Part shown: positions 49,455-58,284 of the stretch, piece after piece
How the letters are laid out: every line of letters begins with the position of its first letter
Position numbering within the stretch: the stretch's first letter is position 1
NCBI GenBank assembly: GCA_027024025.1
Contig: JALVTT010000157.1
Coordinates: 128 to 64,127, forward strand
Reading direction: 5' to 3'
DNA length: 64,000 nucleotides
Origin: Sedimenticola sp.
GTDB taxonomy: Bacteria > Pseudomonadota > Gammaproteobacteria > Chromatiales > Chromatiaceae
Notes under the pieces: model-generated
What the model was told of the DNA's origin: nothing
Database searches by the model: none
Seen by the model: only the letters and a program-made list of their open reading frames with translations
Program-made: the position numbers and the translations under genes

Positions 49455-51641
49455 TCAGTTGCCTCCTCGTTCTCTTGTGCGATAGAGTGCCGTGTGAAGT
49501 GGCACGGACTCGTCGTCTGCCTTTCCCAGGACCGCCGACGCCACAATCATGGCCCGTTCCAGGTTCAGGCGGTCTGGCTCTCGGAAGCCGATTCGTTTCT
49601 TATCGCCGAGTTCCTTGGCGTAGGCATCCGCACGGCATCTGGCATCGGCCATAGCGCTGCGCGGAACGACCACTGGACAGGACTCTCCACCGGGCGCCTG
49701 TGCATCCCTGCGGCATATGAATACGGCATCCCACTTGATGGTTCCATTGTAGGAATGAAGCCCCCCCTGACCCTCACCGCGAAGGGGCAGGACGGCGGTA
49801 CACCTGAATCCCGATCTGGCCAGCGCCTCGCCTACAGCATTCCACGCAGCAATGTGCTTGTGGTGATAGGTGAAGACAAAGACTCCATTCCGTTTGAGCA
49901 CACGCCGGCATTCGGAGAAGATCCGCTGGAGCCTTTCACGATAAACCGCAATCGACTCGTCGGCTCGGGAGGTCAAGGCGAGGTTCTCTCCGATAGGGAC
50001 CGCAAGGTGCGGATCATCGAATGGAGGTTCCGCCTCTCCAAGGGACTGGTGCCAGGCCAGGTAGAAGTCGGAGAGCTCCGAGTAGCTCAGGTTATCGAAG
50101 TACGGAGGATCCGTGAGGATGAGGTCGATGGTTCCATCGGGGATCTCGGCCAGATCCTCGGAAGTTTTTGTGCGTATGGAAGCTCTTGAGGAGCCGGTCA
50201 GGACCTGCCAGGGGTTGGCAGAAACCTCCGAGGCGTAAACGTGCTCTCCCGCCTTGGACGGAACGCGGCCGCCTTTCGGGTCCAACTCGGTCGGGGCCTT
50301 GGCAAACGCCACCGCCTTCGTGATCTTGCTGAGAGTGTTCGGAAACGTACCTCGCCCAATACCCTCGAGCCATGGATTGATTTCCACCGGCCTCGTGATG
50401 TGCCGGTAGGAATGGATTGAGAACATAGGGCTTACGCGGCGGTAGCCGAAAGCATACGCCGTGTACATGCAGTTCGTGGTGAGATGCTCGCTGAAGGCCA
50501 TAGCAAGGACGCGCCGGGCACGAGGCTCATCCACCGCTGCGATGGCCTTGCCAAGCAGGGTCAGATGTAGCAGCTGCCGGTCGTTGAAAAGGTCTCGATA
50601 CCTTCTGAAGCCGTGGATAATAGGTCGCTGGTCTGAGCGGCCATCTGTCGGGATCTCGCGCATCGGCGCAAACGGGCCCTCGGAGCCCTCAATCTCCTTG
50701 AGAAGGCGCGAGGCTTTTCCGTAGCGAATACGATCTCCTTTCGTCACCTTCTTGAAATGCCGCGTTACGCCACCTGGGTTTCGCTCGATGTATTCTTGGG
50801 CAAACAAGCGCCACGCCGGGGGCGTCGGACTATCTCCACGATCAGCGAGACCCGTTATGTCGCCACATGCGGGACAGCGAACCTTTCCACGATTGAGGGT
50901 GCCCCGTGCGATACGGGTCCGGGTCCCGCACGTACAGCGGATTTCCTTCCGCTCTATCGGAAGCTCGTGGACTTCGTGGCATGTCTTACAGAAGGCCCAC
51001 TGGAGCCCCTTCTCCTTGTTGGACGCCAACTGGAAATGCGGATGGATCTCGAAAGAGGTCCCGCAGGAACGACAGGTGCGACACTCCACCCAGAAGTGAT
51101 GCAAGACCTCATGCTCCCGGCCTTTGACTTTGGTCCTGTGGAAAGGTGCCAGCTGGGCAGCAATGGAGGCGCAGAGCTCGGCAATCTCCTCGCTCTCGGG
51201 ATCGTAGGCAGCTGCTTCCAGTTCAAATCTCGTGATGAACGTGGCTACCGGGTCGATGTCGTATCCAATCACGTGTGCACCACAGCGCATGGCTTCCACC
51301 AAGCTGGTTCCCCCTCCGACGAAGGGATCCAGGACCACCGCGCCGTCCAGAGGCACCTCACCCAGGAAGGTGTCCCAAAAGCGGTTCGCTTCATCAGCAT
51401 CAAGCGAAAGACCGGTCAAGATTGACCGGAACTGAGAACCAAGGCGTCGAGCGAACCAGCGGTGAACCCGATAGAGCGGGTTCGTGCATTGACCTTCCCG
51501 CATGGCAAGTTCAGCGATTTCGGCAATCGGAATTGCGCCCGACTCCAGTAGGGTCGTGTCCAGGAAACCGTGCAAGTGAAAGCGTGGGACGTCCTCTCGA
51601 GCCCCCCGGCGCTTCTGGGATGTGGATTGCACGAGCGTCAT
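49455..51641 (-). CDS. DUF1156/COG1743-type DNA methyltransferase with Zn-ribbon insertions
   Basis: N-terminal YRVHRWFARRLGSQFRSIL (the DUF1156 signature WWARRP-like), motif I VLDPFVGGGTSLVEA, CxxC pairs (CRTCRSCG, CKTCH, CTCG, CPACG) and motif IV ILTDPPYFDNLSYSELSDFY. Confidence 0.8.
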   Translation of the reverse strand: MTLVQSTSQKRRGAREDVPRFHLHGFLDTTLLESGAIPIAEIAELAMREGQCTNPLYRVHRWFARRLGSQFRSILTGLSLDADEANRFWDTFLGEVPLDGAVVLDPFVGGGTSLVEAMRCGAHVIGYDIDPVATFITRFELEAAAYDPESEEIAELCASIAAQLAPFHRTKVKGREHEVLHHFWVECRTCRSCGTSFEIHPHFQLASNKEKGLQWAFCKTCHEVHELPIERKEIRCTCGTRTRIARGTLNRGKVRCPACGDITGLADRGDSPTPPAWRLFAQEYIERNPGGVTRHFKKVTKGDRIRYGKASRLLKEIEGSEGPFAPMREIPTDGRSDQRPIIHGFRRYRDLFNDRQLLHLTLLGKAIAAVDEPRARRVLAMAFSEHLTTNCMYTAYAFGYRRVSPMFSIHSYRHITRPVEINPWLEGIGRGTFPNTLSKITKAVAFAKAPTELDPKGGRVPSKAGEHVYASEVSANPWQVLTGSSRASIRTKTSEDLAEIPDGTIDLILTDPPYFDNLSYSELSDFYLAWHQSLGEAEPPFDDPHLAVPIGENLALTSRADESIAVYRERLQRIFSECRRVLKRNGVFVFTYHHKHIAAWNAVGEALARSGFRCTAVLPLRGEGQGGLHSYNGTIKWDAVFICRRDAQAPGGESCPVVVPRSAMADARCRADAYAKELGDKKRIGFREPDRLNLERAMIVASAVLGKADDESVPLHTALYRTRERGGN

Positions 51642-52933
51642 GATCCACCTACCTTCGCAGCTGGCAAGCTTTCCGTGCGTAGATCAATCAAACCTTGGTC
51701 AAGACCGTTCCTAGGACGCATAATCTTAAGAGGTAGTGGAACCCAATACTCCTTCCCTCTACTACGAACTACCAGCCCTCCATCCAGTACGTCGGTCAAT
51801 TCTGTTGTCTTGGGCATTGGCTGCCCATGAAAATACCTCATTGCGACCCTTGCCCACTTCCTCCGGAACTCCGGCGTATCCTCCGGATTCTTCATCATGG
51901 CGATGAGCTGGCGTTCCAACCTTGCCTTGCTGCGCTCCTTCGCCCGCTTCTCGTCCGTCTGCGGCACCAGGCTCACTCCCTGCGCTTCATTGATGAAATT
52001 CACGAACCCCGTGATATTCGCCTTCTGCCCCGGCTTGTCCAGCAGGTAGGCGTCGAGATCTGGCTGGACGGGTACGCACCCCTCTGCCCGGAGCACCAGA
52101 TCCGCCGCCGCCGAGAGCACCATGCGGACGCTCCGCAGCGAGGTTTTCCCTTCCTCCAAACGAGCCATCAAACGCTCGCGGTAAGCATGCCACAACGCTC
52201 CTCCGGCGGTCGAGGCGTCAATTCTCTCCCCCAGCTCCCTGATACGCCGCCGTTCGGAATCCTCCTCCCGCGCCTTTTCATCCACCTTCAGCCGTCCGGA
52301 TTGCTCCATCCACTGGATCGCCAGCCTTACCCGACGCAACCCCTCCGCATGAAAGCGCGCCACCAGTTCCTTGTAGTCCGGGATGCAGCCCCATTCGGCG
52401 TCCATCTCCTGGAAGAAGGCAAGGTACTTATTGATCCGGATGGCCGCCACGTTCGCGCCCCGCCGCGCCTCCAGCCAGCGCCCGAACACCCCAAATTCCT
52501 CGGCCAGGCCATTCCCAAGGCCCGCCTGACAGATCGCAATCCGCTTCTCCAGCAAATCCTTCCAGTAGCAATCCTCGCAACGGTCTCCCCGGCCTGCTGG
52601 CATGGGGCTTCCGCATTTCAAGCAGGAACGGATTCCCTCATCCAAGCAAGGCCGACACAACAACCGTCCATCATCCGCCTTTATCAGCCGCCGATGTCTG
52701 CCGCACGCAGGGCAGGTAGCGTGATCGGCCCGTTGACATACGGGACAGACCGGCTCATCAATGCCCAGCCGCAACGCACGCGCCAAGTGCCGAGACATGC
52801 GCCCACAGCGCGGGCATGGCTCCGGCTCCCGAAACCAGGGAACACAGGCGTTGCATACGGGACCTTCCGGCCTGCGCAGCCCCGTGGGCCGCCCCTTGCG
52901 ACCGCACCGGATACATGCCTCATCCGGCCTCAT
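51638..52933 (-). CDS. Cys-rich multi-Zn-ribbon protein of unknown function, in the fifth position of the tns operon (TniE-like by position only)
   Basis: At least 7 CxxC pairs lie in the first roughly 130 aa, followed by a helical C-terminal half. ATGA overlaps occur with tniQ upstream (start taken at ATG 52933) and with the methyltransferase downstream. Confidence 0.6.
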   Translation of the reverse strand: MRPDEACIRCGRKGRPTGLRRPEGPVCNACVPWFREPEPCPRCGRMSRHLARALRLGIDEPVCPVCQRADHATCPACGRHRRLIKADDGRLLCRPCLDEGIRSCLKCGSPMPAGRGDRCEDCYWKDLLEKRIAICQAGLGNGLAEEFGVFGRWLEARRGANVAAIRINKYLAFFQEMDAEWGCIPDYKELVARFHAEGLRRVRLAIQWMEQSGRLKVDEKAREEDSERRRIRELGERIDASTAGGALWHAYRERLMARLEEGKTSLRSVRMVLSAAADLVLRAEGCVPVQPDLDAYLLDKPGQKANITGFVNFINEAQGVSLVPQTDEKRAKERSKARLERQLIAMMKNPEDTPEFRRKWARVAMRYFHGQPMPKTTELTDVLDGGLVVRSRGKEYWVPLPLKIMRPRNGLDQGLIDLRTESLPAAKVGGS

Positions 52934-54042
52934 GCCAACCCTGCCTTGCGTTGGAGCCGTCGCCACATGCGCTCGACAGCCGCCCTCGAACGTGGGGCAT
53001 CGCCACTCCCGGCCCTTTTCCTTCGCGTTCGGCTCCGTTCTGGCAAAGCCGCCACCACCGGCTCCAGCAGCGCGGGCAGGCGGTTGCGAGTGCGAAAGGA
53101 ACGCACGGTCATCCCGGCCTCCAATGCGGCCTCGGTCATCTCACCAAAGCCTGTGGACGCAAGCCGCACTGCCGGAACAATCAGGCGCGCCCGATCGTCC
53201 AAGGGCAGCGCCTCGATGCTCAAAGTCAAGACAGGACGCTCAATCTCTCCGGCATCCGGCAATAAACTGTCCACGAACGCCCGCCGCACCACCAAGTCGC
53301 AGCGGCGCAGCCAACCCGCGAAGAAACGCGCAAGATCGAACCATTCGTGCGCCGGGACATCCTTGCCACCCCAACGCGCCATGCCCGTTCCGGCGGCCTC
53401 GTCGCAAGTCTTCTGCATCGCCAGCAACTCATCTCCGGCATCCTCCGGTTGCGTCTCGCGCAGGTCGCCATCACACAGGGCGCACTGGGCCAATGTTTCG
53501 TCCTCCGCCGCGAGGCGATGCGGGAGCACCGGTCCGCCGCAATGGGGGCAGCGATCCAGCAGCACCGTCCCGTGCTTGTTACAAGCGACATGCCACGCCA
53601 ACCGCCAATGCAGCCGCAAAAAGGGCTTGCCATCATCCTCCTTCAGGCAAACAGGGCAATATTGCCACCCCTGTACGCAGCGGCGGTTCCTGCGCCCAAA
53701 CGGGCGCACCCAAGGCCAAGGCTCATGCAACTCCGGCACCTGGCCAGCCACGTTCACCATAAGCGGCGGCAGCATCGAGGCCCGGAACGCCTCCGCTGCG
53801 ACACCGCATTCCTGTTCCAGGACGGCCAGCCTGTCATCGGGCATACCCCGGTCGCAGTCCATCGTCCACACGCGCCACTTGGGCCACAACTCCCCCGTGA
53901 GCACCAAGGGATCGCACCCCTGCGCCAAGGCCGCCCGGACCAGCCACCCGGAAAACGCCTCGTCGGGGAGCAGCGGCACCGGCAATATCCAACGGGCGTT
54001 CAGCGGACGACTTCCCGGATGCCACGAGTAGGCTTTACCCAT
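52930..54042 (-). CDS. tniQ: TniQ/TnsD-family target-site selection protein
   Basis: N-terminal ILPVPLLPDEAFSGWLVRAAL (TniQ pattern) and the Zn finger YCPVCL...CNKHG...CPHCG. The start is taken at ATG 54042. Confidence 0.75.
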   Translation of the reverse strand: MGKAYSWHPGSRPLNARWILPVPLLPDEAFSGWLVRAALAQGCDPLVLTGELWPKWRVWTMDCDRGMPDDRLAVLEQECGVAAEAFRASMLPPLMVNVAGQVPELHEPWPWVRPFGRRNRRCVQGWQYCPVCLKEDDGKPFLRLHWRLAWHVACNKHGTVLLDRCPHCGGPVLPHRLAAEDETLAQCALCDGDLRETQPEDAGDELLAMQKTCDEAAGTGMARWGGKDVPAHEWFDLARFFAGWLRRCDLVVRRAFVDSLLPDAGEIERPVLTLSIEALPLDDRARLIVPAVRLASTGFGEMTEAALEAGMTVRSFRTRNRLPALLEPVVAALPERSRTRRKRAGSGDAPRSRAAVERMWRRLQRKAGLA

Positions 54043-54899
54043 GACTTCGCCTCCACGATTTCTGGGGTGATGCATTCGATACCCGACTGGATGGCCTCGG
54101 TGGCGCACTCGATCAGCAGCCGGTGCAGGTCGCCCAGGTTGCCGCCACTGATCGCATGCAGCCGCCGGGCCAGCTCCGGGCGGTTCAACCCCGAAGGCTT
54201 GCGCAGCGGCAGGACCTGTTCGAAACCGACGAGCAGCCGTACAAACGGCTTGTCCAGATCCCACAATCCAAGCCGCACCACGTCGAACCGGCTGGCGTGC
54301 TGCGGATCGGAATGGAGCACCCGCACCGCCTCCGCCGTGCCCACCCCGACGATGGGGATGCCCAGCTCATTGCACAGCAGCTTGATGGCGTTCATCACCT
54401 CCCGCTGCTTGACCGGCGTCCCGGTCAGCAGGGAATGGAACTCGTCGATGACCAGCATGCGGACATGGCAGTACCGCATCAGGTGGATGAGCTGGTATCG
54501 CATCTTCGGTGCCGGGTCAGTGGCCCGGTAGGGGGTCCTGAACCGCTCCAGGATGGAAACGTACAACCCCTTCTCATCAGGCTTTGGCGGCGCCTCTGCC
54601 AGCACCACGGGGATGTGCGGCTCTCCCTCCTCTTCATCTACATGGGACTGACCGTGAAGCTGAACGAAGCGGCGGACCAAGGTGGTCTTGCCGTTGTTTG
54701 GCTCACCGACAATCAACAGGTTGAGCATCCGGGGCCGGGTGGGCATTTCCATCAAGGCGCGCATCCGCCTGATGATCTCGTTGGCCTGCGGATAGCCCAG
54801 CCAGCGAGGTTCGTACAGGAACCGGATGCGCTCCTCGTTGGATAGCCCGGCAACGTGCCGGAAATCCGGGTGAATATGGGAAAGATCCATGTCCGTCAT
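54000..54899 (-). CDS. tnsC: TnsC/TniB-type AAA+ transposition ATPase
   Basis: Walker A GEPNNGKTTL and Walker B MLVIDEFH. ATGA overlap with tnsB. Confidence 0.85.
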   Translation of the reverse strand: MTDMDLSHIHPDFRHVAGLSNEERIRFLYEPRWLGYPQANEIIRRMRALMEMPTRPRMLNLLIVGEPNNGKTTLVRRFVQLHGQSHVDEEEGEPHIPVVLAEAPPKPDEKGLYVSILERFRTPYRATDPAPKMRYQLIHLMRYCHVRMLVIDEFHSLLTGTPVKQREVMNAIKLLCNELGIPIVGVGTAEAVRVLHSDPQHASRFDVVRLGLWDLDKPFVRLLVGFEQVLPLRKPSGLNRPELARRLHAISGGNLGDLHRLLIECATEAIQSGIECITPEIVEAKSWVKPTRGIREVVR

Positions 54900-56773
54900 T
54901 CGATCTCACCAAGGGGTTCGTCAACCTGGAAAATGTCGTCATCCGCCTCCGGGACCTGCGCGGATACATCCTCCGCGGCCTGCGTGGACTCGACGGTAGC
55001 GGCTCGCTCCCTGTGATCCCGGCGTTTCTGGAGACTGCGCCGCGCCTTCTTGGTACGGGCCGCCGACTCCCGCGTCCGCTCGCGCAGCTCCTCCAGAGCC
55101 TCCAGAACGCGCCGCTCGTCCACCGCCTTCATACCTTCCTCCCGCGCCCGGTCACGCGCCTGCCGGTACTCCCATACACTCATTGGCGGCAGGGCCTGGT
55201 TGGCGAAGGGCACACGGAAATACTGGCGTAGGTCTGGATCGAAAAACCAAACCACACTGATGTCGCGAGGGTCGCGGCGGAAGGTGAACTTGCGCTTGGA
55301 CTTCGGATTGTCCGGGTCCGGCGCGCCGATCCAAGGTCGCAGCACGTCGGCATAGTAAGCCAGCCCCTCGATGGTCACACCATCCGGCTGGATGGTGCGC
55401 CGGAAACGTGGCAGGAAATCCAGCAGGAACGCCACCCGGTCGCCAGGTATCTTGGGCAAGCCACGCCCCGTTTCCCTTCCATCGCCAAACAGCCCGGTTT
55501 CCCACTTCTTGAGGGGCGGCATGCCGATCCCCGAGTGGATACGCAGGTGATACACCTTGCAGATCAGGGTCGCCAGCCATGCCTCGAACTCCTTGAGGGT
55601 CATCACCGCATGCTTGTCTGGCTGGTACTCTCCACGCTCCTTGATCGACGAGAAGGTGGTTCCCGGCAAGTCGTGGATCTCCTTGAGCAAAGTCCCCAGC
55701 AAGCGCTCGATGTGCCCCCCGAAGCGCGGCTGGCGGACGGGCCGGTACTCCAAGTTGATGCCGTGCAGCGCGCAGGCGTCGCGAAAGGTCGAGGAACGGA
55801 ACTCCGCGCCGTTGTCCACATGGATCGTGTCCATGAGGCCATATACAGGCCACTCCAGATCCTCCAGCCCAAGGCGCGCCAACCATTCGTCCTTCGGCAG
55901 TACCGCGTGAGCTACGCACATCGCCACGGAGGTCTCCGACGGGGCGTCGAACGAGACATAGAGACCAGCCACCATACGGGAGAAAACATCCATGGCCAGC
56001 GTGACCCAGGGCCGCCCGATGGGCTGTCGGTACTGGTCGTCCACCAGTACAACATCAACCGGCGTGTGGTCGATCTGCACATAGGCGAAGGGATAGTCCG
56101 CACCAGGGAAGGAACCCGGAGCAGGCGCGTACCGCTCCTCGGCCTCCTTTCTACGCCCCCGCCGCTTGAGGCGTTCACGGGGATGGATGGCGGCGACCCT
56201 GGCGCGAATGGTGTTGGCGTGGGGCGGCTGAAGGCCCATCTCCAGGCAACGCCGCCGCACCTCCAGAACCACTTTCTGCGCCGGTGCACGCTGGCGGGTC
56301 AGGTACACCGCCTCGATCACCTCGTTGATGATGGACTCCACGTCGTCCGGCAGGCGGTTCTCGCCGCGCCTGCGCCCGCGCTTTCGGGGTAGCAGAGCCT
56401 CCAAGGTGCCCGCCGCTTCGTAGCGGTTGAGCCAGCGGTAGAGGGTGGTGAAGTGAACGCCGACCTCGCTGGCGCGACGCTCGATCTCCTTCCGTCCAAT
56501 GCCAGGCTCCAGCAGCGGACGTATGGCCTCCATTCGGAAACGCGCAGCCTCAAGGTCAGCCTCGTCGATCTCCTCCAGTTCGCGGAAGGGGGCGGAATCT
56601 TCGGATACGGGAGCCAGATCGACGACGCGCAACGCCTTCTCCCGCCCGGTGGCCGGGTCCAGGCCGACAACGGTCTCGTAGTCGAGGATACTCCGGATCT
56701 CGTACACCCGACCATCGTGCAGCACCCGCCCACCAATAGACAGATCGAGAACGCTCCGTCCACTACCGCTCAT
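54896..56773 (-). CDS. tnsB: TnsB-type DDE (Mu/rve) transposase
   Basis: Contains QIDHTPVDV (D), IHVDNGAEFRS (D) and GGHIERLLGT (E), with N-terminal helix-turn-helix regions. Confidence 0.9.
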   Translation of the reverse strand: MSGSGRSVLDLSIGGRVLHDGRVYEIRSILDYETVVGLDPATGREKALRVVDLAPVSEDSAPFRELEEIDEADLEAARFRMEAIRPLLEPGIGRKEIERRASEVGVHFTTLYRWLNRYEAAGTLEALLPRKRGRRRGENRLPDDVESIINEVIEAVYLTRQRAPAQKVVLEVRRRCLEMGLQPPHANTIRARVAAIHPRERLKRRGRRKEAEERYAPAPGSFPGADYPFAYVQIDHTPVDVVLVDDQYRQPIGRPWVTLAMDVFSRMVAGLYVSFDAPSETSVAMCVAHAVLPKDEWLARLGLEDLEWPVYGLMDTIHVDNGAEFRSSTFRDACALHGINLEYRPVRQPRFGGHIERLLGTLLKEIHDLPGTTFSSIKERGEYQPDKHAVMTLKEFEAWLATLICKVYHLRIHSGIGMPPLKKWETGLFGDGRETGRGLPKIPGDRVAFLLDFLPRFRRTIQPDGVTIEGLAYYADVLRPWIGAPDPDNPKSKRKFTFRRDPRDISVVWFFDPDLRQYFRVPFANQALPPMSVWEYRQARDRAREEGMKAVDERRVLEALEELRERTRESAARTKKARRSLQKRRDHRERAATVESTQAAEDVSAQVPEADDDIFQVDEPLGEIE

Positions 56774-57422
56774 CGTCAGCCACCCAAACCATGGTGTCGT
56801 TGGTCAAGGGTTCGAACAGATCGCATTCGAGCCTTCCTGTAGCGACCAGATGCCAAGCCACAGCGATCCCGTGGGCCTTGCCATGTGGCCCCCACTTGGG
56901 AAAACAACAAGCGTCCACCAGCCGTCGGAAAGGCAGGCACCCCAAGCTCCGGGCCGTGTCGAGCAACCAATCCGCCAGATCCGTGTCCACGGCGATCTTG
57001 CGGTAGCGTGCCAGGAAACGCATGTTTTCCCACGCTTGGTCACGGACACGGCCCTCGTGCATGAGGCGGAACACGAACCCATTCTCCAGGCAGTACCGCG
57101 TGGCAGCGCGAAATTTTGGCTTCCACTTCTTGAGATTGCGAACCAACTTCTCTCGGGGTTTGACCTCGACCAGCTCGGAAGGCAAGTGCCGACCATACCT
57201 GGGCAATACGCCATGCTGCCGGTAATGGACGAGGTAATCCGGTGTGTAGGGGTGCTCGCTTCCGTTGGCACGGTAGCGGATGGTGACCGGCTGGGAGATT
57301 ACCTCGATAACCGAGCGGTCGGCTTCCAGACGGATGAGGAAGTCACGCTCCAGCGTGGATTCAAAGGCGATGGGCGTTTGACCCCGAAACAGGTAGATAC
57401 CCGAAACGCTCTGGCGCGTCAT
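56763..57422 (-). CDS. tnsA: TnsA endonuclease (restriction-enzyme-like 5'-end cleavage subunit)
   Basis: Contains FESTLERDF, YTPDYLV and ELVEVKP (an E...D...EVK catalytic pattern). ATG 57422 follows a GGAGGAAGG Shine-Dalgarno sequence. A GTG at 57485 is an alternative start. Confidence 0.85.
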   Translation of the reverse strand: MTRQSVSGIYLFRGQTPIAFESTLERDFLIRLEADRSVIEVISQPVTIRYRANGSEHPYTPDYLVHYRQHGVLPRYGRHLPSELVEVKPREKLVRNLKKWKPKFRAATRYCLENGFVFRLMHEGRVRDQAWENMRFLARYRKIAVDTDLADWLLDTARSLGCLPFRRLVDACCFPKWGPHGKAHGIAVAWHLVATGRLECDLFEPLTNDTMVWVADDER

Positions 57423-57485
57423 GCCAACCTTCCTCCGAGGCGGCCCATCAGAAACTTTGTAGTGGATTTTGGTATTCAAAACCAC

Positions 57486-57593
57486 CCTCCGTAGCAGCTA
57501 TTGACGTTAAAGTGTAGCATAAATCGACAGAATCATAGCCTTTAAGTTATTGAAATATTGTTTTGAGTGTAGCTTCTTTCGATAGAAATCACA
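57486..57593. repeat. Transposon right end with 3-4 TnsB-type subterminal repeats
   Basis: TGTAGC motifs lie at 57568-57573 and 57513-57518, with the variants CATAGC at 57534 and GTAGC at 57491. The terminus reads ...GAAATCACA. Confidence 0.8.
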
Positions 57594-57598
57594 GCAGC
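57594..57598. repeat. Target-site duplication, right copy (GCAGC)
   Basis: It directly abuts the terminal ACA and is identical to 33868-33872. Confidence 0.85.
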
Positions 57599-58255
57599 AG
57601 TCTGCCCCGGCCGGGCGAGATCTCGCTGGCCCACAATGGCGTGCTGTTCCTGGACGAGCTGCCCGAATTCGACCGGCGGGTCCTGGACGTGCTGCGCGAG
57701 CCGATGGAGACCGGGCACGTCGTGATCTCGCGCGCCGCGCGCAGCGCGCGCTTCCCGGCCCGCTTCCAGCTGGTCGCCGCCATGAACCCCTGTCCCTGCG
57801 GCCACCTCAACCAGCCGGAGCGACGCTGCGCCCAGTGCACCCCGGAATCGGCGGCCCGCTACCAGGCACGCATCTCGGGGCCGCTGCGCGACCGCATCGA
57901 CATCCAGATCGAAGTCCCGGCCATCCCCACCCGCGAGCTGATCGACCAGGCGGAACCCGGCGAGCCCAGCGCCCGCGTGCGCGAACGGGTGACCCGGGCC
58001 TGGGCCCGCCAGCTCGAACGCCAGGGCTGCGGCAACGCGCAACTCGAACACGCCGCCCTGGAGCGCCACTGCCGACTGGCGCCCCGCGAACGCACCCTGC
58101 TCGGCAACGCCATCGAGACCCTGGGCCTGTCCGCCCGCGCCTACCACCGCATCCTGCGCGTGGCGCGCTCCATCGCCGACCTCGAAGGCAGCGAGACCAT
58201 CCACGCGGCACACCTGTCCGAGGCCATCAGCTACCGGCGGCTGGACAAGGCCTGA
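57594..58255 (+). pseudogene. comM: comM 3' part (about 218 codons)
   Basis: In frame, it reads S-SLPRPGEISLAHNGVLFLDELPEF (Walker B) ...FQLVAAMNPCPCG... and continues to the stop codon. It joins seamlessly to 33021..33872 once the transposon and one target-site-duplication copy are removed. Confidence 0.9.
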
Positions 58256-58284
58256 CCGTCCCTCACCACCCCCCCGATCCGCAG

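Larger units (their letters stand above)
33873..57593 (-). mobile_element. Tn7-like transposon (23,721 bp) inserted in comM, carrying tnsA-tnsB-tnsC-tniQ and a defence-gene cargo
   Basis: The termini are TGTGA...TCACA, with imperfect terminal inverted repeats, GCTACA(C/T)T subterminal repeats and a 5-bp target-site duplication. The heteromeric TnsA+TnsB transposase genes read inward from the right end. The cargo has lower GC than the flanks. Confidence 0.9.
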
